A stretch of 64,000 bases of DNA from Vicinamibacterales bacterium (GCA_035758845.1 DASTVZ010000227.1:20491-84490); one strand, 5' to 3'. Positions 48,856 through 58,820 are shown, numbered from the stretch's first letter. Notes: generated by a model not told the origin, from the letters alone. Numbers and translations: made by a program.

Positions 48856-49388
48856 GCTTCCCCCTCGATGAGCACTTCGTCTTTTCCATCGATTTCCTGC
48901 AAGTGCACCTGCACGCTCTGTTTCAACGAGGTCGGCAGGTTCTTCCCGACGTAGTCCGCCTTGATTGGAAGCTCGCGATGACCGCGATCCACCAGCACGA
49001 CCAGCTGAATGGCTTGCGGGCGACCGAAGTCGATCAGGGCGTCAAGCGCGGCCCGAATCGTTCGCCCCGTGTAGAGCACGTCGTCGACCAGCAGGATCTT
49101 CCGAGAGTCAATCGAGAACGGGATCTCGGTTTTACGGACCAGCGGCTGCGGCCCTACGGGATGCCGCATCAGGTCGTCGCGATAGAGCGTGATATCCAGG
49201 GCTCCGGTCGGCACGTCGTCGCCGTTGATTTCATGAAGCGATCGCGAGATGCGTCGCGCCAGCGGCACCCCTCGCGTGCGGATGCCGACGAGCGCAATTT
49301 CATCCAGGCCGCGATTGCGCTCGAGGATCTCGTGAGCCATTCGTGTCAGCGCGCGCGCCATCCGATCGGCATCCATCACGAGCGCCAT
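48852..49388 (-). CDS. pyrR: Bifunctional pyr operon regulator / uracil phosphoribosyltransferase PyrR
   Basis: 178 aa. [11 protein letters not shown] and PRPP loop [13 protein letters not shown]. Confidence 0.9.
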   Translation of the reverse strand: MALVMDADRMARALTRMAHEILERNRGLDEIALVGIRTRGVPLARRISRSLHEINGDDVPTGALDITLYRDDLMRHPVGPQPLVRKTEIPFSIDSRKILLVDDVLYTGRTIRAALDALIDFGRPQAIQLVVLVDRGHRELPIKADYVGKNLPTSLKQSVQVHLQEIDGKDEVLIEGEA

Positions 49389-49550
49389 CGAGCGCTCCGT
49401 AACGACAACGAGATTCGCGGAAATTGCGGCCGCAGCGGTCGCCGCAGCAGAGTCCAGGCAGGAACGAGCACGTCATCACCTCTTGGCGGCCTCACAGGGC
49501 CGCGTTAAAGAGTTCGCTTGATGGTATCACAAAGCGCTCAGCTGTCAGCT

Positions 49551-51299
49551 TTACCGGCTATAGCTCGGAATAAACGCAATCGGCCTGTCCGCGGTGAAGG
49601 CGCGGCTGAAAAGATCGGCACGGGCAAAGCCGTCCATGTCACGCGCGACCGGCAAGCCGAGAAAATAGAGCACCGTGGGTGTCACGTCGACAATCGATCC
49701 TCGCGGACGACGACCGGGCGCGACGGAGCTGCCATAGGCGATCAGAAACCCGTCCGGCGCTCGCTCGTGCGTTCCGGTGAAATCGGGGTTGCCGAGCATG
49801 CGGCCGACCGCCTGTTTAATCGGATTCAGCGGCTGCATCCCAAACCCTGAAACCACGACGAGGAGATCTCCCGGCGACATCGCATCGAGCGATGAGCCGA
49901 TCTCGGCATCGATGTAGGTGTAATACCTGTCAATCGCCTGGGAGAACCGGCGGCGTTCTTCTTCCGGCACGTCGCGAAAGACTCGCGGCTGGGTGTAGCG
50001 AAGGTAGTAATGACCGACGGTATCGAGCCCCTCGTACCGGAGTGCCGTGAATCGCGGAGCCATTTCTCCAGCGAGATTTCGCATCACGGTGCTGTAGCCG
50101 CGGTCGCGCCGCAGCGCGGATTCTTCCGGCGTTCCGCTCACGGCCGCGCCGAGCTGTGCCGGCTGCACCTCCGGACCCGCCGATGGCTGAGTGAAAGAGG
50201 CTTCCAGCCAAGGAAGCGCATCGCGGGGGGTCGCCGCCCGATCGAATTCCGCGATTGATCCGACAAGCTGATGAAATCGGTCGCTGACGATGAATCCGTC
50301 GACTTCTTCGGCGGGATACGTGAGGGGCCATCGAACAACGCCGACGCGGACGCCGGCGTTGGAAGCGATGGACCAAATCGGGCGCGCGCGCCACGTGTTG
50401 GAGGCATTCGGCTCATCGCGGATGAATCCAAGATGGACGAGCGCGTGGGACAAACAGTGATCCGGCAGGAGATCGACCATGCGATCGTCCCCTCTCGCAA
50501 AGTACGACGCCGCCGACCGCACGCCGTTCTTGGATGGATACATCCCGGTCGCGACGGCCGCCCACACCGGATCGGGCTGCGTCGGCCGGAGGGTTGCGAG
50601 ATCCATCACCGCCCCTTTTTCGTTGAGCCGCGCGAACGCCGGGAGCCGACCCTCGGCCACGCGCGGCAGGACGTACTCCAGCGACGCGCCATCCAGCAGA
50701 ATGATCGTGACTCGCGGCTGCCCTGTGGGACCGGACTGAGGCGGCTGGTGCGGCGCGGTCGATGGAATTGGCGGAGGCAGACTGACTCCTTCTCCGCGCG
50801 CGGCGAGCGGCAACGCCAGCGACGCAAACGTTGCCAGCACAAAGAGTGACGCTCCGACGCGGCTGCCGCGACGGCCGAACGAGTAATGCGCGATCGCAAT
50901 GACCAGCAGCACGGCTGCCGACGCGGTCGTGGCGAGGGCTCCCGCCGTCATTCGCCGCGTCGCGTCTTCAGTCAGCGACAGGTGGAATTCTCCGACGTTC
51001 AACCACATCAAGCTCGACGCGACCGCGGCCGACGCCGCACCCATCCAGGCGAGCACGCGCACGCTCGCCCAGCCCGGCGACAAGACTCTCAGCGCGAAGA
51101 ACTCCCGGAGCACCATGACGAGGTAGAAAATGACGGCGAGATGGAGACCGTACGAAAACGCCATCGTCGCAAACCAGCGCCACGTCGTGCTCGACGTCAG
51201 CGGCACATGCGGATTCAGCTGGAGAATCAGAATCGTGAGGTACGCTGCCCCCAACGCGCCGGCCAGCAGCGAATTGGTGAGCATCCGCAGAAATCGCAT
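49551..51299 (-). CDS. Membrane-anchored alkaline phosphatase / nucleotide pyrophosphatase family protein
   Basis: 582 aa. About 5 N-terminal TM helices, then a type I phosphodiesterase-like domain (ILLDGASLEYV ... ATGMYPSKNGV ... GTHERAPDG). Confidence 0.7.
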   Translation of the reverse strand: MRFLRMLTNSLLAGALGAAYLTILILQLNPHVPLTSSTTWRWFATMAFSYGLHLAVIFYLVMVLREFFALRVLSPGWASVRVLAWMGAASAAVASSLMWLNVGEFHLSLTEDATRRMTAGALATTASAAVLLVIAIAHYSFGRRGSRVGASLFVLATFASLALPLAARGEGVSLPPPIPSTAPHQPPQSGPTGQPRVTIILLDGASLEYVLPRVAEGRLPAFARLNEKGAVMDLATLRPTQPDPVWAAVATGMYPSKNGVRSAASYFARGDDRMVDLLPDHCLSHALVHLGFIRDEPNASNTWRARPIWSIASNAGVRVGVVRWPLTYPAEEVDGFIVSDRFHQLVGSIAEFDRAATPRDALPWLEASFTQPSAGPEVQPAQLGAAVSGTPEESALRRDRGYSTVMRNLAGEMAPRFTALRYEGLDTVGHYYLRYTQPRVFRDVPEEERRRFSQAIDRYYTYIDAEIGSSLDAMSPGDLLVVVSGFGMQPLNPIKQAVGRMLGNPDFTGTHERAPDGFLIAYGSSVAPGRRPRGSIVDVTPTVLYFLGLPVARDMDGFARADLFSRAFTADRPIAFIPSYSR

Positions 51300-51354
51300 A
51301 AGGAAAGTGTAGCGCCGAGGCTTTCGCCTCGGCGAACGGTATACTCGTCACACG

Positions 51355-52179
51355 ATGCCGATCGACATCGACGCCGAGATCATCTCGAATACAAGGCTCT
51401 CACACGACTACAGCGTGCTCGGACTCGCCGCGCCGGAGATTGCATCGCTCGCCGAACCCGGTCAATTCGTCATGATCAAACCAACCGCCGGTGTCGATCC
51501 GCTGTTGCGGCGGCCGTTTTCGATCTTCGAGATTCTGCGCGACTCCGGTGGAACACCGGCCGGCATCTCACTACTGAACAAGCGAATCGGCGCGGGAACG
51601 TCGCTCTTGTATGAAGCGCCGCCCGGCAGCCATGTCGGCTGCCTTGGTCCGCTTGGACGGCCCTTCGAACCGGTGACACCGCCGGCAGAAGCGTGGATGG
51701 TCGCAGGAGGCGTCGGACTGGCGCCGTTTGTCACGCTCGCCGAAGCACTGCGTCTGACGGCGACGAAGGCCCGCCTGTTTTACGGTGCACGAACCGCTTC
51801 CGATCTCACGCACGTCGAGCTTTTCGAGCGACTGAACGTCGAACCTGTTCTTGCCACCGAAGACGGCAGTCGTGGGGCGCGCGGTTTCGTGACTGGTCCA
51901 CTTGACACGGCACTGAGCACGACGCCGCGATCGACCGAGGTGCGCGTGTATGCGTGCGGTCCGACGCCAATGATGCGCGCGGTGGCAAAGCTGGCTGCCA
52001 GCTACGGGCGGCGCTGTGACGTCTCTTTGGAACAGGTCATGGGGTGTGGGCTGGGTGGCTGTTACAGCTGCGTGGTCCTGACGCGAACGTCTTCGGGCCC
52101 TCCGCACTTCGTGCGGTCGTGCCTTGATGGCCCGGTATTCGACGCCACTCGGATCTTGTGGGACGCCCTCGCCCATTGA
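51355..52179 (+). CDS. pyrK: Dihydroorotate dehydrogenase electron transfer subunit
   Basis: 274 aa. RRPFSI FAD motif and C-terminal 2Fe-2S cysteines (CGLGGCYSC ... C). Confidence 0.88.
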   Translation: MPIDIDAEIISNTRLSHDYSVLGLAAPEIASLAEPGQFVMIKPTAGVDPLLRRPFSIFEILRDSGGTPAGISLLNKRIGAGTSLLYEAPPGSHVGCLGPLGRPFEPVTPPAEAWMVAGGVGLAPFVTLAEALRLTATKARLFYGARTASDLTHVELFERLNVEPVLATEDGSRGARGFVTGPLDTALSTTPRSTEVRVYACGPTPMMRAVAKLAASYGRRCDVSLEQVMGCGLGGCYSCVVLTRTSSGPPHFVRSCLDGPVFDATRILWDALAH

Positions 52180-52181
52180 AC

Positions 52182-53120
52182 ATGAATCTTTCCGTTTCAC
52201 TCGGTTCGCTCACGCTTGCCAACCCGCTCATCGCCGCCAGCGGATGCTTCGGTTACGGCGTCGAGTACGCTGACGTCGTCGATCTGTCGACACTCGGCGG
52301 TGTTGCCGTCAAAGGTCTGTTCCTGAGCGAACGCGAAGGACATCCCCCGCCAAGAATCGTCGAAACGCCGGCCGGGATGCTCAACGCGATCGGACTTCAG
52401 GGGATTGGCGTTCATCGGTTCGTCCGCGAGAAACTGCCAGAGCTGCGCGATCGACGCGCGGTCGTATTCGTCAACATTTGCGGGACCACGATCGACGAGT
52501 ACTGCGAAATCGCGCGCATACTCTCCGATCACGAAGGCGTGGCCGCGATTGAGTTGAACATCTCCTGTCCGAACATCAAGCAGGGCGGCATCACATTCGG
52601 GTGCAGCCTGACCGGGACCCACGATGTCGTCAGCGCCGTGCGAAAGGTGACGACGCTGCCAGTCATCCCCAAGCTGACGCCGAACGTCACCGACGTGGCC
52701 TCGTTCGCCCGTGCCGCGCAAGACGCCGGCGCCGACGCAGTGTCCCTGGTGAATACGTTCCTCGCCATGGCGATCGACGTCCATACGCGACGGCCGAAGC
52801 TCACAAATATTGTCGGAGGCCTCAGTGGTCCAGCCATCCGTCCGATTGCCGTGCGAATGGTCTACGAGTGCCGGCGAGCAGTGACGCTGCCGATTATTGG
52901 CATGGGTGGAATCGCGACGGCAGAAGACGTGCTGGAGTTCATGATCGCCGGTGCGACCGCCGTTCAGATCGGGACAGCGAATTTCGTCGATCCATTTCTG
53001 TGGCGCAAGGTCCTGGATGGAATTCGAAGCTACATGGCCGCGCACCGAATTGAGAATCTCGCGTCATTGACGGGCAGCCTCGACGCGTCCCGCCAGGCAA
53101 CGGCGTGGATCAGCTCCTAG
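52182..53120 (+). CDS. pyrD: Dihydroorotate dehydrogenase B catalytic subunit
   Basis: ORF 52158..53120 trimmed to ATG 52182 ([26 protein letters not shown]). NISCPN active-site context. Confidence 0.9.
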   Translation: MNLSVSLGSLTLANPLIAASGCFGYGVEYADVVDLSTLGGVAVKGLFLSEREGHPPPRIVETPAGMLNAIGLQGIGVHRFVREKLPELRDRRAVVFVNICGTTIDEYCEIARILSDHEGVAAIELNISCPNIKQGGITFGCSLTGTHDVVSAVRKVTTLPVIPKLTPNVTDVASFARAAQDAGADAVSLVNTFLAMAIDVHTRRPKLTNIVGGLSGPAIRPIAVRMVYECRRAVTLPIIGMGGIATAEDVLEFMIAGATAVQIGTANFVDPFLWRKVLDGIRSYMAAHRIENLASLTGSLDASRQATAWISS

Positions 53121-53845
53121 TCGCGCTGGACGTCGAGAGCGCCGCGAAGGCCCTCGCGCTCGCCGATTCTCTTCGCGGCATCGCCGGCGGATTCAAGATC
53201 GGCAGCCGCCTGTTTACCTCGGAAGGACCGTCGATCGTTCGCGCCCTGGTCGAGAAGCGCGATCGCGTGTTCCTCGATCTCAAATTCCACGACATTCCGA
53301 ACACCGTTGCTCAGGCTGTGTCCGCGGCCGCATCGCTCGGTATCTGGATGCTGAACGTGCACGCGTCGGGTGGCAGAAAAATGATGGAAGCTGCGCGCGA
53401 CGCGGCGAAGGAGGCGGCGACCCGTGCAGGACTGCCACCGCCACTGGTCATCGCGGTAACCGTCCTGACCAGCATGAATGCGCCGGCCCTCGAGGAAACC
53501 GGCTACGCCGCAGCCGGGCAGAAAGACGGCGGCACTGCCGGTGTTCTCGATCAGGTTGTCCGCCTCGCGCGGCTGGCCGAGGCTTCCGGACTCGACGGTG
53601 TCGTCGCATCGGCGCAGGAGACGGCAATCCTCCGGCGACGCTGCGGCCCCCGGTTTTCAATCGTGACGCCCGGCATTCGCGGTGGTGGCGCGGCGGCAGC
53701 GGGCAAAGACGATCAGGAACGCACTATGAGCGCTCGCCAAGCCATCGCAGCGGGTGCCAGCTATATCGTTGTTGGACGGCCGATTATTGCGGCGCCAGAC
53801 CCGCGGGCCGCAGCGGAGGAGATGATAAGAAATGTGGAGTTCTGA
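53105..53845 (+). CDS. pyrF: Orotidine 5'-phosphate decarboxylase
   Basis: 246 aa with a GTG start. LVALDV and [11 protein letters not shown] motifs. Confidence 0.9.
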   Translation: MDQLLVALDVESAAKALALADSLRGIAGGFKIGSRLFTSEGPSIVRALVEKRDRVFLDLKFHDIPNTVAQAVSAAASLGIWMLNVHASGGRKMMEAARDAAKEAATRAGLPPPLVIAVTVLTSMNAPALEETGYAAAGQKDGGTAGVLDQVVRLARLAEASGLDGVVASAQETAILRRRCGPRFSIVTPGIRGGGAAAAGKDDQERTMSARQAIAAGASYIVVGRPIIAAPDPRAAAEEMIRNVEF

Positions 53846-53910
53846 ATGCTGAAGGCTGAATGCTGAATTCAATCAATCAGCATTCAGCCATCAGCATTCA
53901 GAATTTTCAG
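53841..53910. repeat. AT-rich heptamer hairpin element between convergent pyrF and pal
   Basis: TCTGAATGCTGAAGGCTGAATGCTGAATTCAAT / CAATCAGCATTCAGCCATCAGCATTCAGAATTTTCAG form near-complementary arms. The pyrF TGA (53843-53845) is in the first CTGAATG unit. Confidence 0.85.
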
Positions 53911-53920
53911 TGTGCAGCCA

Positions 53921-54502
53921 TCACTTCGCCGTAACGATGAAGTGCCCCCGTCGGTTCTGCTGCCAGCAGGATTCGCTCTCTTCCGAGCAGAACGGCTGCT
54001 CCTCCCCCTTGCTGACAATGGTGATCCGGTCGGTCGGCACGCCAAGACTCACCAGGTAATCGCGGACGGCGTCAGCGCGGCGCTCGCCGAGCGCCAGATT
54101 GTATTCGTTCGTTCCGCGCGAATCCGCATGCCCCTCGACCATGACCTTGGTGGAGGTCCATTTCTTTAACCACTCGACGTCTTTGCCAAGAGTGCCCCGG
54201 CTCTCTTCGGTCAGATCGCTTGCGTCGTAGGCAAAGAACACATCGCCAAGCGGCTTCTCGCTATTGAGCTGCTCGAGCGTCTTGGTACGGAAGGCCTCCT
54301 CCTCGCTGGGCGGCGCAGGCGCTGCCGGCTTCGGCGCAGGTGGTGGCGGTGGCGGTGGTGGTGTCGTTGATGGCGGCGGCGCTGGCGGCGGTGCGGGCGC
54401 CGGAGGTGGCGGCTGCGGTTTGGGATTGCCGTGACAAGCAGTGCCACTCAACGCGGCTATCAGAACGAGGGTGGCGAATAATTCGGATCTGCGAATCATC
54501 AA
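53921..54502 (-). CDS. pal: Peptidoglycan-associated lipoprotein / OmpA-family protein
   Basis: 193 aa. Signal peptide with a possible lipobox (ALSGTAC), a Pro-rich linker, and the OmpA-like GHADSRGTNEYNLALGERRADAV. Confidence 0.85.
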   Translation of the reverse strand: MMIRRSELFATLVLIAALSGTACHGNPKPQPPPPAPAPPPAPPPSTTPPPPPPPPAPKPAAPAPPSEEEAFRTKTLEQLNSEKPLGDVFFAYDASDLTEESRGTLGKDVEWLKKWTSTKVMVEGHADSRGTNEYNLALGERRADAVRDYLVSLGVPTDRITIVSKGEEQPFCSEESESCWQQNRRGHFIVTAK

Positions 54503-54609
54503 CTAATCTCTCCCGTCGGCTCGCTCGCCGCGAGCCGATCGTCACATAGAATTGAACGGACCGGAGCTTACCGGCCCTTCCCCGCGCTGTCAACGATCGT
54601 TTCGGCAAA

Positions 54610-55356
54610 ATGGACCGATTACTACAGGCCACAGCACGAGCCGAACGCGATCATTTCTGGTTCAGAGGGTTCCGCCGCTTCATGACCCCGCTGGTGGCGG
54701 AGGCTGTCCGCGGTCGAACGGGGTCGAGAATTCTCGACTGCGGCTGCGGCACCGGACACAATCTCCGATGGTTGGGAGATTTCGGAGCGGTGTTCGGAAT
54801 CGATCTGAACTGGACCGGTCTGGGCTTCGCCAAGACCCGTGGCAACAACACAATCGCGCAAGCGACCGCCGCGAACCTGCCATTTCGCGATCGGACGTTC
54901 GATCTCGTCACCTCATTTGACGTGATCTATTCTCTCGACGACGAGGTGGAGTCAGCGGCGATCGCTGAAATGTTCCGAGTGCTTCGCCCGGGAGGATTCC
55001 TGGTGGTGAATGCCGCGGCAATGGATCTCTTGAAGGGGAATCATTCGGTGCTGGCGAATGAAGTCCGGCGTTACAGCCGCTCCAGCCTGACCGAGCGACT
55101 GGTGGGAGCAGGGTTTGGGATTCGGCGGATGTCCTATACCAACGCGACGATCATGCCGGTCGTCGCAGCGGTACGCCTCCTGCAGCGCGTCTCAGGACAT
55201 GAAGAGTCGAATCAGGAGATTTCGATACCTCCTGCGCCAGTCAACGCAGCGCTCACCGGGGCGCTCGCACTCGAAGCGGGACTGCTGAAATTCGTGAACA
55301 TGCCATTCGGCAGCTCGATCATGGCGCTGGCGCAAAAGCCAGATCCTTCCGCCTGA
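54610..55356 (+). CDS. Class I SAM-dependent methyltransferase
   Basis: 248 aa. ILDCGCGTGHN motif I and LRPGGFLVV motif. Confidence 0.8.
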   Translation: MDRLLQATARAERDHFWFRGFRRFMTPLVAEAVRGRTGSRILDCGCGTGHNLRWLGDFGAVFGIDLNWTGLGFAKTRGNNTIAQATAANLPFRDRTFDLVTSFDVIYSLDDEVESAAIAEMFRVLRPGGFLVVNAAAMDLLKGNHSVLANEVRRYSRSSLTERLVGAGFGIRRMSYTNATIMPVVAAVRLLQRVSGHEESNQEISIPPAPVNAALTGALALEAGLLKFVNMPFGSSIMALAQKPDPSA

Positions 55357-55425
55357 AGGCGGAAGCCACGAGCAAATCCAGAGCACCCAAAGCCAGCAGC
55401 CAGCAGCGGCTCGGATCCCGGCAAG

Positions 55426-57693
55426 CTATCTCACCAGGTAGGAATAAATGCGCAACGCAAGATGCCGCTGATCCGGTGATCCCTCGCGTTCCGCCGGGAC
55501 GAAGAACTTATCGCTGGTAATCACTACCCGGCCATCCGCGGCGGCAAGCGCATCAGCGGGAAGGACTATCGATTGGGTGAAATCAGACGACGGGGTCAAA
55601 CGAGCGACCTCGCGCTCGCCTGCTGAGATGACTACGGCGGGAGCGGTATCGAAGTACTTGAGCGGTGATTCGCCGGAGATGGTCAACGTCACATTTCGAC
55701 CGATCGGTCGCACCCAGAAGACCGCCTTCTCGGATGTCCATCGCCATGCGCGCGTGGTGCGCGGGTCGTACTCCGGCTCGTACCAGCCTTCATCCACTGC
55801 GATCATCGGCATGCCTGGGCTCTGGACGTCGAACTGCTCGAGGCCGACCGGGATCGTCGACTTCGCCCCGTTTGCCGAGTGCGACGATACGTCCAGCGAC
55901 AGGTAGCCTGTGCCGGTCAGCAAACCCGGCCGCAGAAGAATTCGCCGGCAAAAGAACCCCGGCTTGACCTCGAACGTTTCGAGCGGCTGCCCTCGCAAAG
56001 ACACGTCAATCTGAACCGGCGGATCGTTGGCGGCACCGAGATGTCGCCCGCCAATCAGCAGTGTGGCCTCTTCGGACCGCGCTCGGATCCACGCCACGCT
56101 GGGTTTGCGATGAGGACCGAAGCCATCGCGCGCGGTGACACCGGCAACCTCCGCCGTCAACGCCCAACCGCGATCGAGCATCCATCCAGGCGGTTGCAGC
56201 GAGTAGAGATCCGAATCTCCTGGTCGGGTACCGCCGACAAATGGCGGCTCCAGGAACCCCCACCGGAACTCGAGTGGACGGCGTCTCGAGACCGGATCGA
56301 TAAGTGCCAGATCCGTGCGGCGCGGATCGGCGACGAACATAATCTGGCTCGCCGGGTCCGCACGCCACTGCTCGACGAGCGTGAGCCACTCCTGCCCGTG
56401 CGCCGCCCTCAGGACGCGCTGTGGCGAGAATTCCACACCACTCCCCGCACCGCTCACCTGCAGCCAGTCGACGGCGCGCCGCGCGACCGCGTGCAGGCCG
56501 ATAATCCGCGGTTGGGTCGCCGGACCACCGCCTGCACGCGCCGCTTCGATCAGCGCGCGAAAGGCCGGACTGCTCCGCGTTCCGTACACGTAGGTCGCGG
56601 GAAACGCCAGGGCCACCGACCAGGCCACGAAGGCTGTCGTGCCGAGGACTGTCAAGGTTCCGCGCCCCCAGTCGACCGCGCAGACGGCAAGAAACGCGAC
56701 CGGTACGACGAGCGGCAGGGCGTAGCGGACGGTGACTGTTTCCTGAAACAGGAGATGGAACACGGCGTACGGTGCATAGCCGACGATCAACAACCCGAGC
56801 GCGCGCGGCATCACGCCAAGCGTCCGCAGGATGCCGGCAAAACCCAGGACGATCACGATCGCTCCGGCCACTGGATGTCCCCACGGCCACAGGAACGAAT
56901 ACATCGCCGCGTCGAGCGCTGCCGCCTTCGTTCTCGTCGTCCACAGCATGACGACGCCCGAGAAATCTTCACCGGCTTGCGAGCCGAGCGCTCGCGCATA
57001 TTCGGAGAGACCTCCGCTCGCGACGACGAGCGGTAGCGCCCAGACGAGAACACCAAGTGCCGCGGCACCGACAGCAGCGAGTCGATTGTGCGACCGCAGC
57101 CCACTTCGCGGCAGCAGAAGCGCGAGTCCCAAAAGCGGCAGCGTCAGGAGCCCGGTCTGGGATCGAACGCCGATGCCCACACCCGACAAGAAGGCTCCGC
57201 CAAGGAGCGCCGAAGGGCCGCTCGATCCGGTGAGCACAGACACGATCAGCGACTGCGCCGCGATTGCCGCCGCCAGCCCGGTCGTGTCGCTGAGCGGGCG
57301 AAGCGCGGTGAACCAGTAGAGTGGAGACATCACCACGACAAGCGTGGCGCAGAAAGGCATCCATCGACTCGACAGCCCCGGCGTGACGCTGGCAAGGGCG
57401 CGGAACAAGTCAAAAAGGAAGAATGCGAGCGCGGCGCCGCAAATCGCACTCCAGATGGCGAGCCCCTGTATCTCCGGATGCGGGACATGCATCGACCGCA
57501 GCACCGACGTAGATGCCTTCGACAATCCGACGAATACCGGATACCCAGGGGGATGGGGTTGATGTTTCGCGACGTCGAAGTCGGCGACGCCTAAAGCGAA
57601 ATTGATCGAATCGATGTCTTCGAGCGATGGCGGCAGAACGACGATGTGAGCCGCCAGGAAGACCACCGCGAGCGCCGCAATGGCTTTTCGCAA
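55426..57693 (-). CDS. GT-C fold membrane glycosyltransferase-like protein (DUF2723/PMT-like) with a large C-terminal extracytoplasmic domain
   Basis: 755 aa with more than 10 TM helices. The first loop has DIDSINFALGVADFDVAKHQPHPPGYPVF, which resembles the D..(E/N)F ... HPPGYP signature I associate with DUF2723/GT-C enzymes. The family call is tentative. Confidence 0.55.
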   Translation of the reverse strand: MRKAIAALAVVFLAAHIVVLPPSLEDIDSINFALGVADFDVAKHQPHPPGYPVFVGLSKASTSVLRSMHVPHPEIQGLAIWSAICGAALAFFLFDLFRALASVTPGLSSRWMPFCATLVVVMSPLYWFTALRPLSDTTGLAAAIAAQSLIVSVLTGSSGPSALLGGAFLSGVGIGVRSQTGLLTLPLLGLALLLPRSGLRSHNRLAAVGAAALGVLVWALPLVVASGGLSEYARALGSQAGEDFSGVVMLWTTRTKAAALDAAMYSFLWPWGHPVAGAIVIVLGFAGILRTLGVMPRALGLLIVGYAPYAVFHLLFQETVTVRYALPLVVPVAFLAVCAVDWGRGTLTVLGTTAFVAWSVALAFPATYVYGTRSSPAFRALIEAARAGGGPATQPRIIGLHAVARRAVDWLQVSGAGSGVEFSPQRVLRAAHGQEWLTLVEQWRADPASQIMFVADPRRTDLALIDPVSRRRPLEFRWGFLEPPFVGGTRPGDSDLYSLQPPGWMLDRGWALTAEVAGVTARDGFGPHRKPSVAWIRARSEEATLLIGGRHLGAANDPPVQIDVSLRGQPLETFEVKPGFFCRRILLRPGLLTGTGYLSLDVSSHSANGAKSTIPVGLEQFDVQSPGMPMIAVDEGWYEPEYDPRTTRAWRWTSEKAVFWVRPIGRNVTLTISGESPLKYFDTAPAVVISAGEREVARLTPSSDFTQSIVLPADALAAADGRVVITSDKFFVPAEREGSPDQRHLALRIYSYLVR

Positions 57694-57703
57694 GAGCGTG
57701 AAA

Positions 57704-58537
57704 TCAGACCTGCCGAAGACGAAGCGCCTCGTTGAGGCTTCCCAGGCGGTAACCGCGCAGATCGACCGTCACATGCGCGTAGCCGAGAGCGCGGAGTTGC
57801 GTGTCGATCGCCTCTGCCATGTCGGGCTCCAGCGCGCGCGCGATTTCGTCGCGCCCAAGCTCGAGGCGCGCGATGGTGTCGTGATGACGGACGCGGCAGA
57901 TGCGGAATCCGAGATCGTGCAACACTGCCTCGGCGCGTTCGATCATGCGAAGCTTCTCGTCCGTGACTTCGCTGAAGTACGGAATGCGCGACGACAAGCA
58001 CGCAGACGCCGGCTCGTCCCAGGTTGGAAGATCCGCCCGACGCGACAGCTCGCGGATGTCGTCTTTCGTCAGGCCCGCCTCTTCGAGCGGGCTGCGAACG
58101 CCGAACTCCCGCGCCGCCTGACGGCCGGGACGATAGTCGCCGTGATCGTCGGCGTTACTGCCATCGGCAATGACCGGGATTCCGCGCTCGCGGGCGATTG
58201 ACGAGAGATGCGTGTAGAGCTCGTGCTTACAGAAATAGCACCTGTTCGCGGGATTGGCACGGTACTCCGGACGCGCCATCTCCTCGGTCTGAATGACGAG
58301 GTGATGGAATCCAAACTGCTCGGCGACACGGCGCGCGATCTGGCGATGACGTTCCGGGTAACTGGGACTATCAGCAGTCACGCACAGCACGCTCGAGCCG
58401 AGGGCCCGGTGAGCGGCGTAGGCGAGATAGGCACTGTCGACGCCGCCGCTGTAGGCGACGACGAGCGATGGCAGCTCACGCAGGACCAGATCGAGCGCCG
58501 CCTCTTTCCGTTCGAGCGAGGCGGCAAGACGAGGCAT
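57704..58537 (-). CDS. larE: LarE-type PP-loop ATP pyrophosphatase (ATP-dependent sulfur transferase family)
   Basis: ORF 57704..58675 trimmed to ATG 58537 (GAGGGAAG 8 nt upstream). PP-loop VVAYSGGVDS, RCYFCK, and ACLSSR (the position of the sacrificial or cluster-binding Cys in LarE). Confidence 0.8.
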   Translation of the reverse strand: MPRLAASLERKEAALDLVLRELPSLVVAYSGGVDSAYLAYAAHRALGSSVLCVTADSPSYPERHRQIARRVAEQFGFHHLVIQTEEMARPEYRANPANRCYFCKHELYTHLSSIARERGIPVIADGSNADDHGDYRPGRQAAREFGVRSPLEEAGLTKDDIRELSRRADLPTWDEPASACLSSRIPYFSEVTDEKLRMIERAEAVLHDLGFRICRVRHHDTIARLELGRDEIARALEPDMAEAIDTQLRALGYAHVTVDLRGYRLGSLNEALRLRQV

Positions 58538-58562
58538 CGATGTCGCTTCCCTCACGATACCG

Positions 58563-58820
58563 TTAGTCGAAGTCCTCCCGCTCCGTGTCATCCTCGTCGT
58601 CGAGATCGTCGCCATCCTCATCGAAGTCGTCGTCGTCACCGTTGGTGTCGTCTTCCTCCTCGTCGTCGTCGTCATCTTCCTCGACCGATTCGAGCTCCAC
58701 GGGGGAGGTACTGGTTACTTCGAGGTTAGATCCGCAGTCGGGGCAGCTGATTAGATCGCCCTTGTCGACATCAAACTCGTCGACTTCGATTTCGGCATCA
58801 CATTCCGGACAGGTGGCCAT
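58563..58820 (-). CDS. LysW-like zinc-ribbon protein with a roughly 40-residue polyacidic C-terminal tail
   Basis: ORF 58563..58868 trimmed to ATG 58820 (AGGAG 5 nt upstream). MATCPECDAEIEVDEFDVDKGDLISCPDCGSNLEVTSTSPVELE parallels the LysW CPECGAE...C.DCG..LEV...P..LE pattern. The tail EEDDDDDEEEDDTNGDDDDFDEDGDDLDDEDDTEREDFD ends in EDFD rather than EDWGE. Confidence 0.7.
   Translation of the reverse strand: MATCPECDAEIEVDEFDVDKGDLISCPDCGSNLEVTSTSPVELESVEEDDDDDEEEDDTNGDDDDFDEDGDDLDDEDDTEREDFD

Noticed and set aside
54261-54400. A low-complexity CCG/GGC-rich DNA repeat.
   Set aside because: It encodes the Pro/Ala-rich linker of the Pal/OmpA-family lipoprotein and is in frame with clear flanking domains. 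It is not a non-coding repeat.
55357-55425. CCAGCAG-rich stretch (AGCCAGCAGCCAGCAGC) between the convergent methyltransferase and GT-C genes, considered as another heptamer-element copy.
   Set aside because: It resembles only part of the right arm of the 41949-42087 element. It is too short and degenerate to assign.
58538-58675. The poly-Thr/Arg N-terminal extension of the LarE ORF.
   Set aside because: It is the alternative-frame read-out of the GA-rich acidic-tail DNA of the upstream gene. ATG 58537 has a good RBS and gives a normal LarE N-terminus.
58563-58820. Calling the zinc-ribbon protein a genuine LysW/ArgW amino-group carrier for lysine or arginine biosynthesis.
   Set aside because: No lysX/Z/Y/J/K-type genes lie nearby. 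The C-terminus lacks the EDWGE-type end and carries a roughly 40-residue acidic extension. Only the zinc-ribbon fold-level similarity is claimed.
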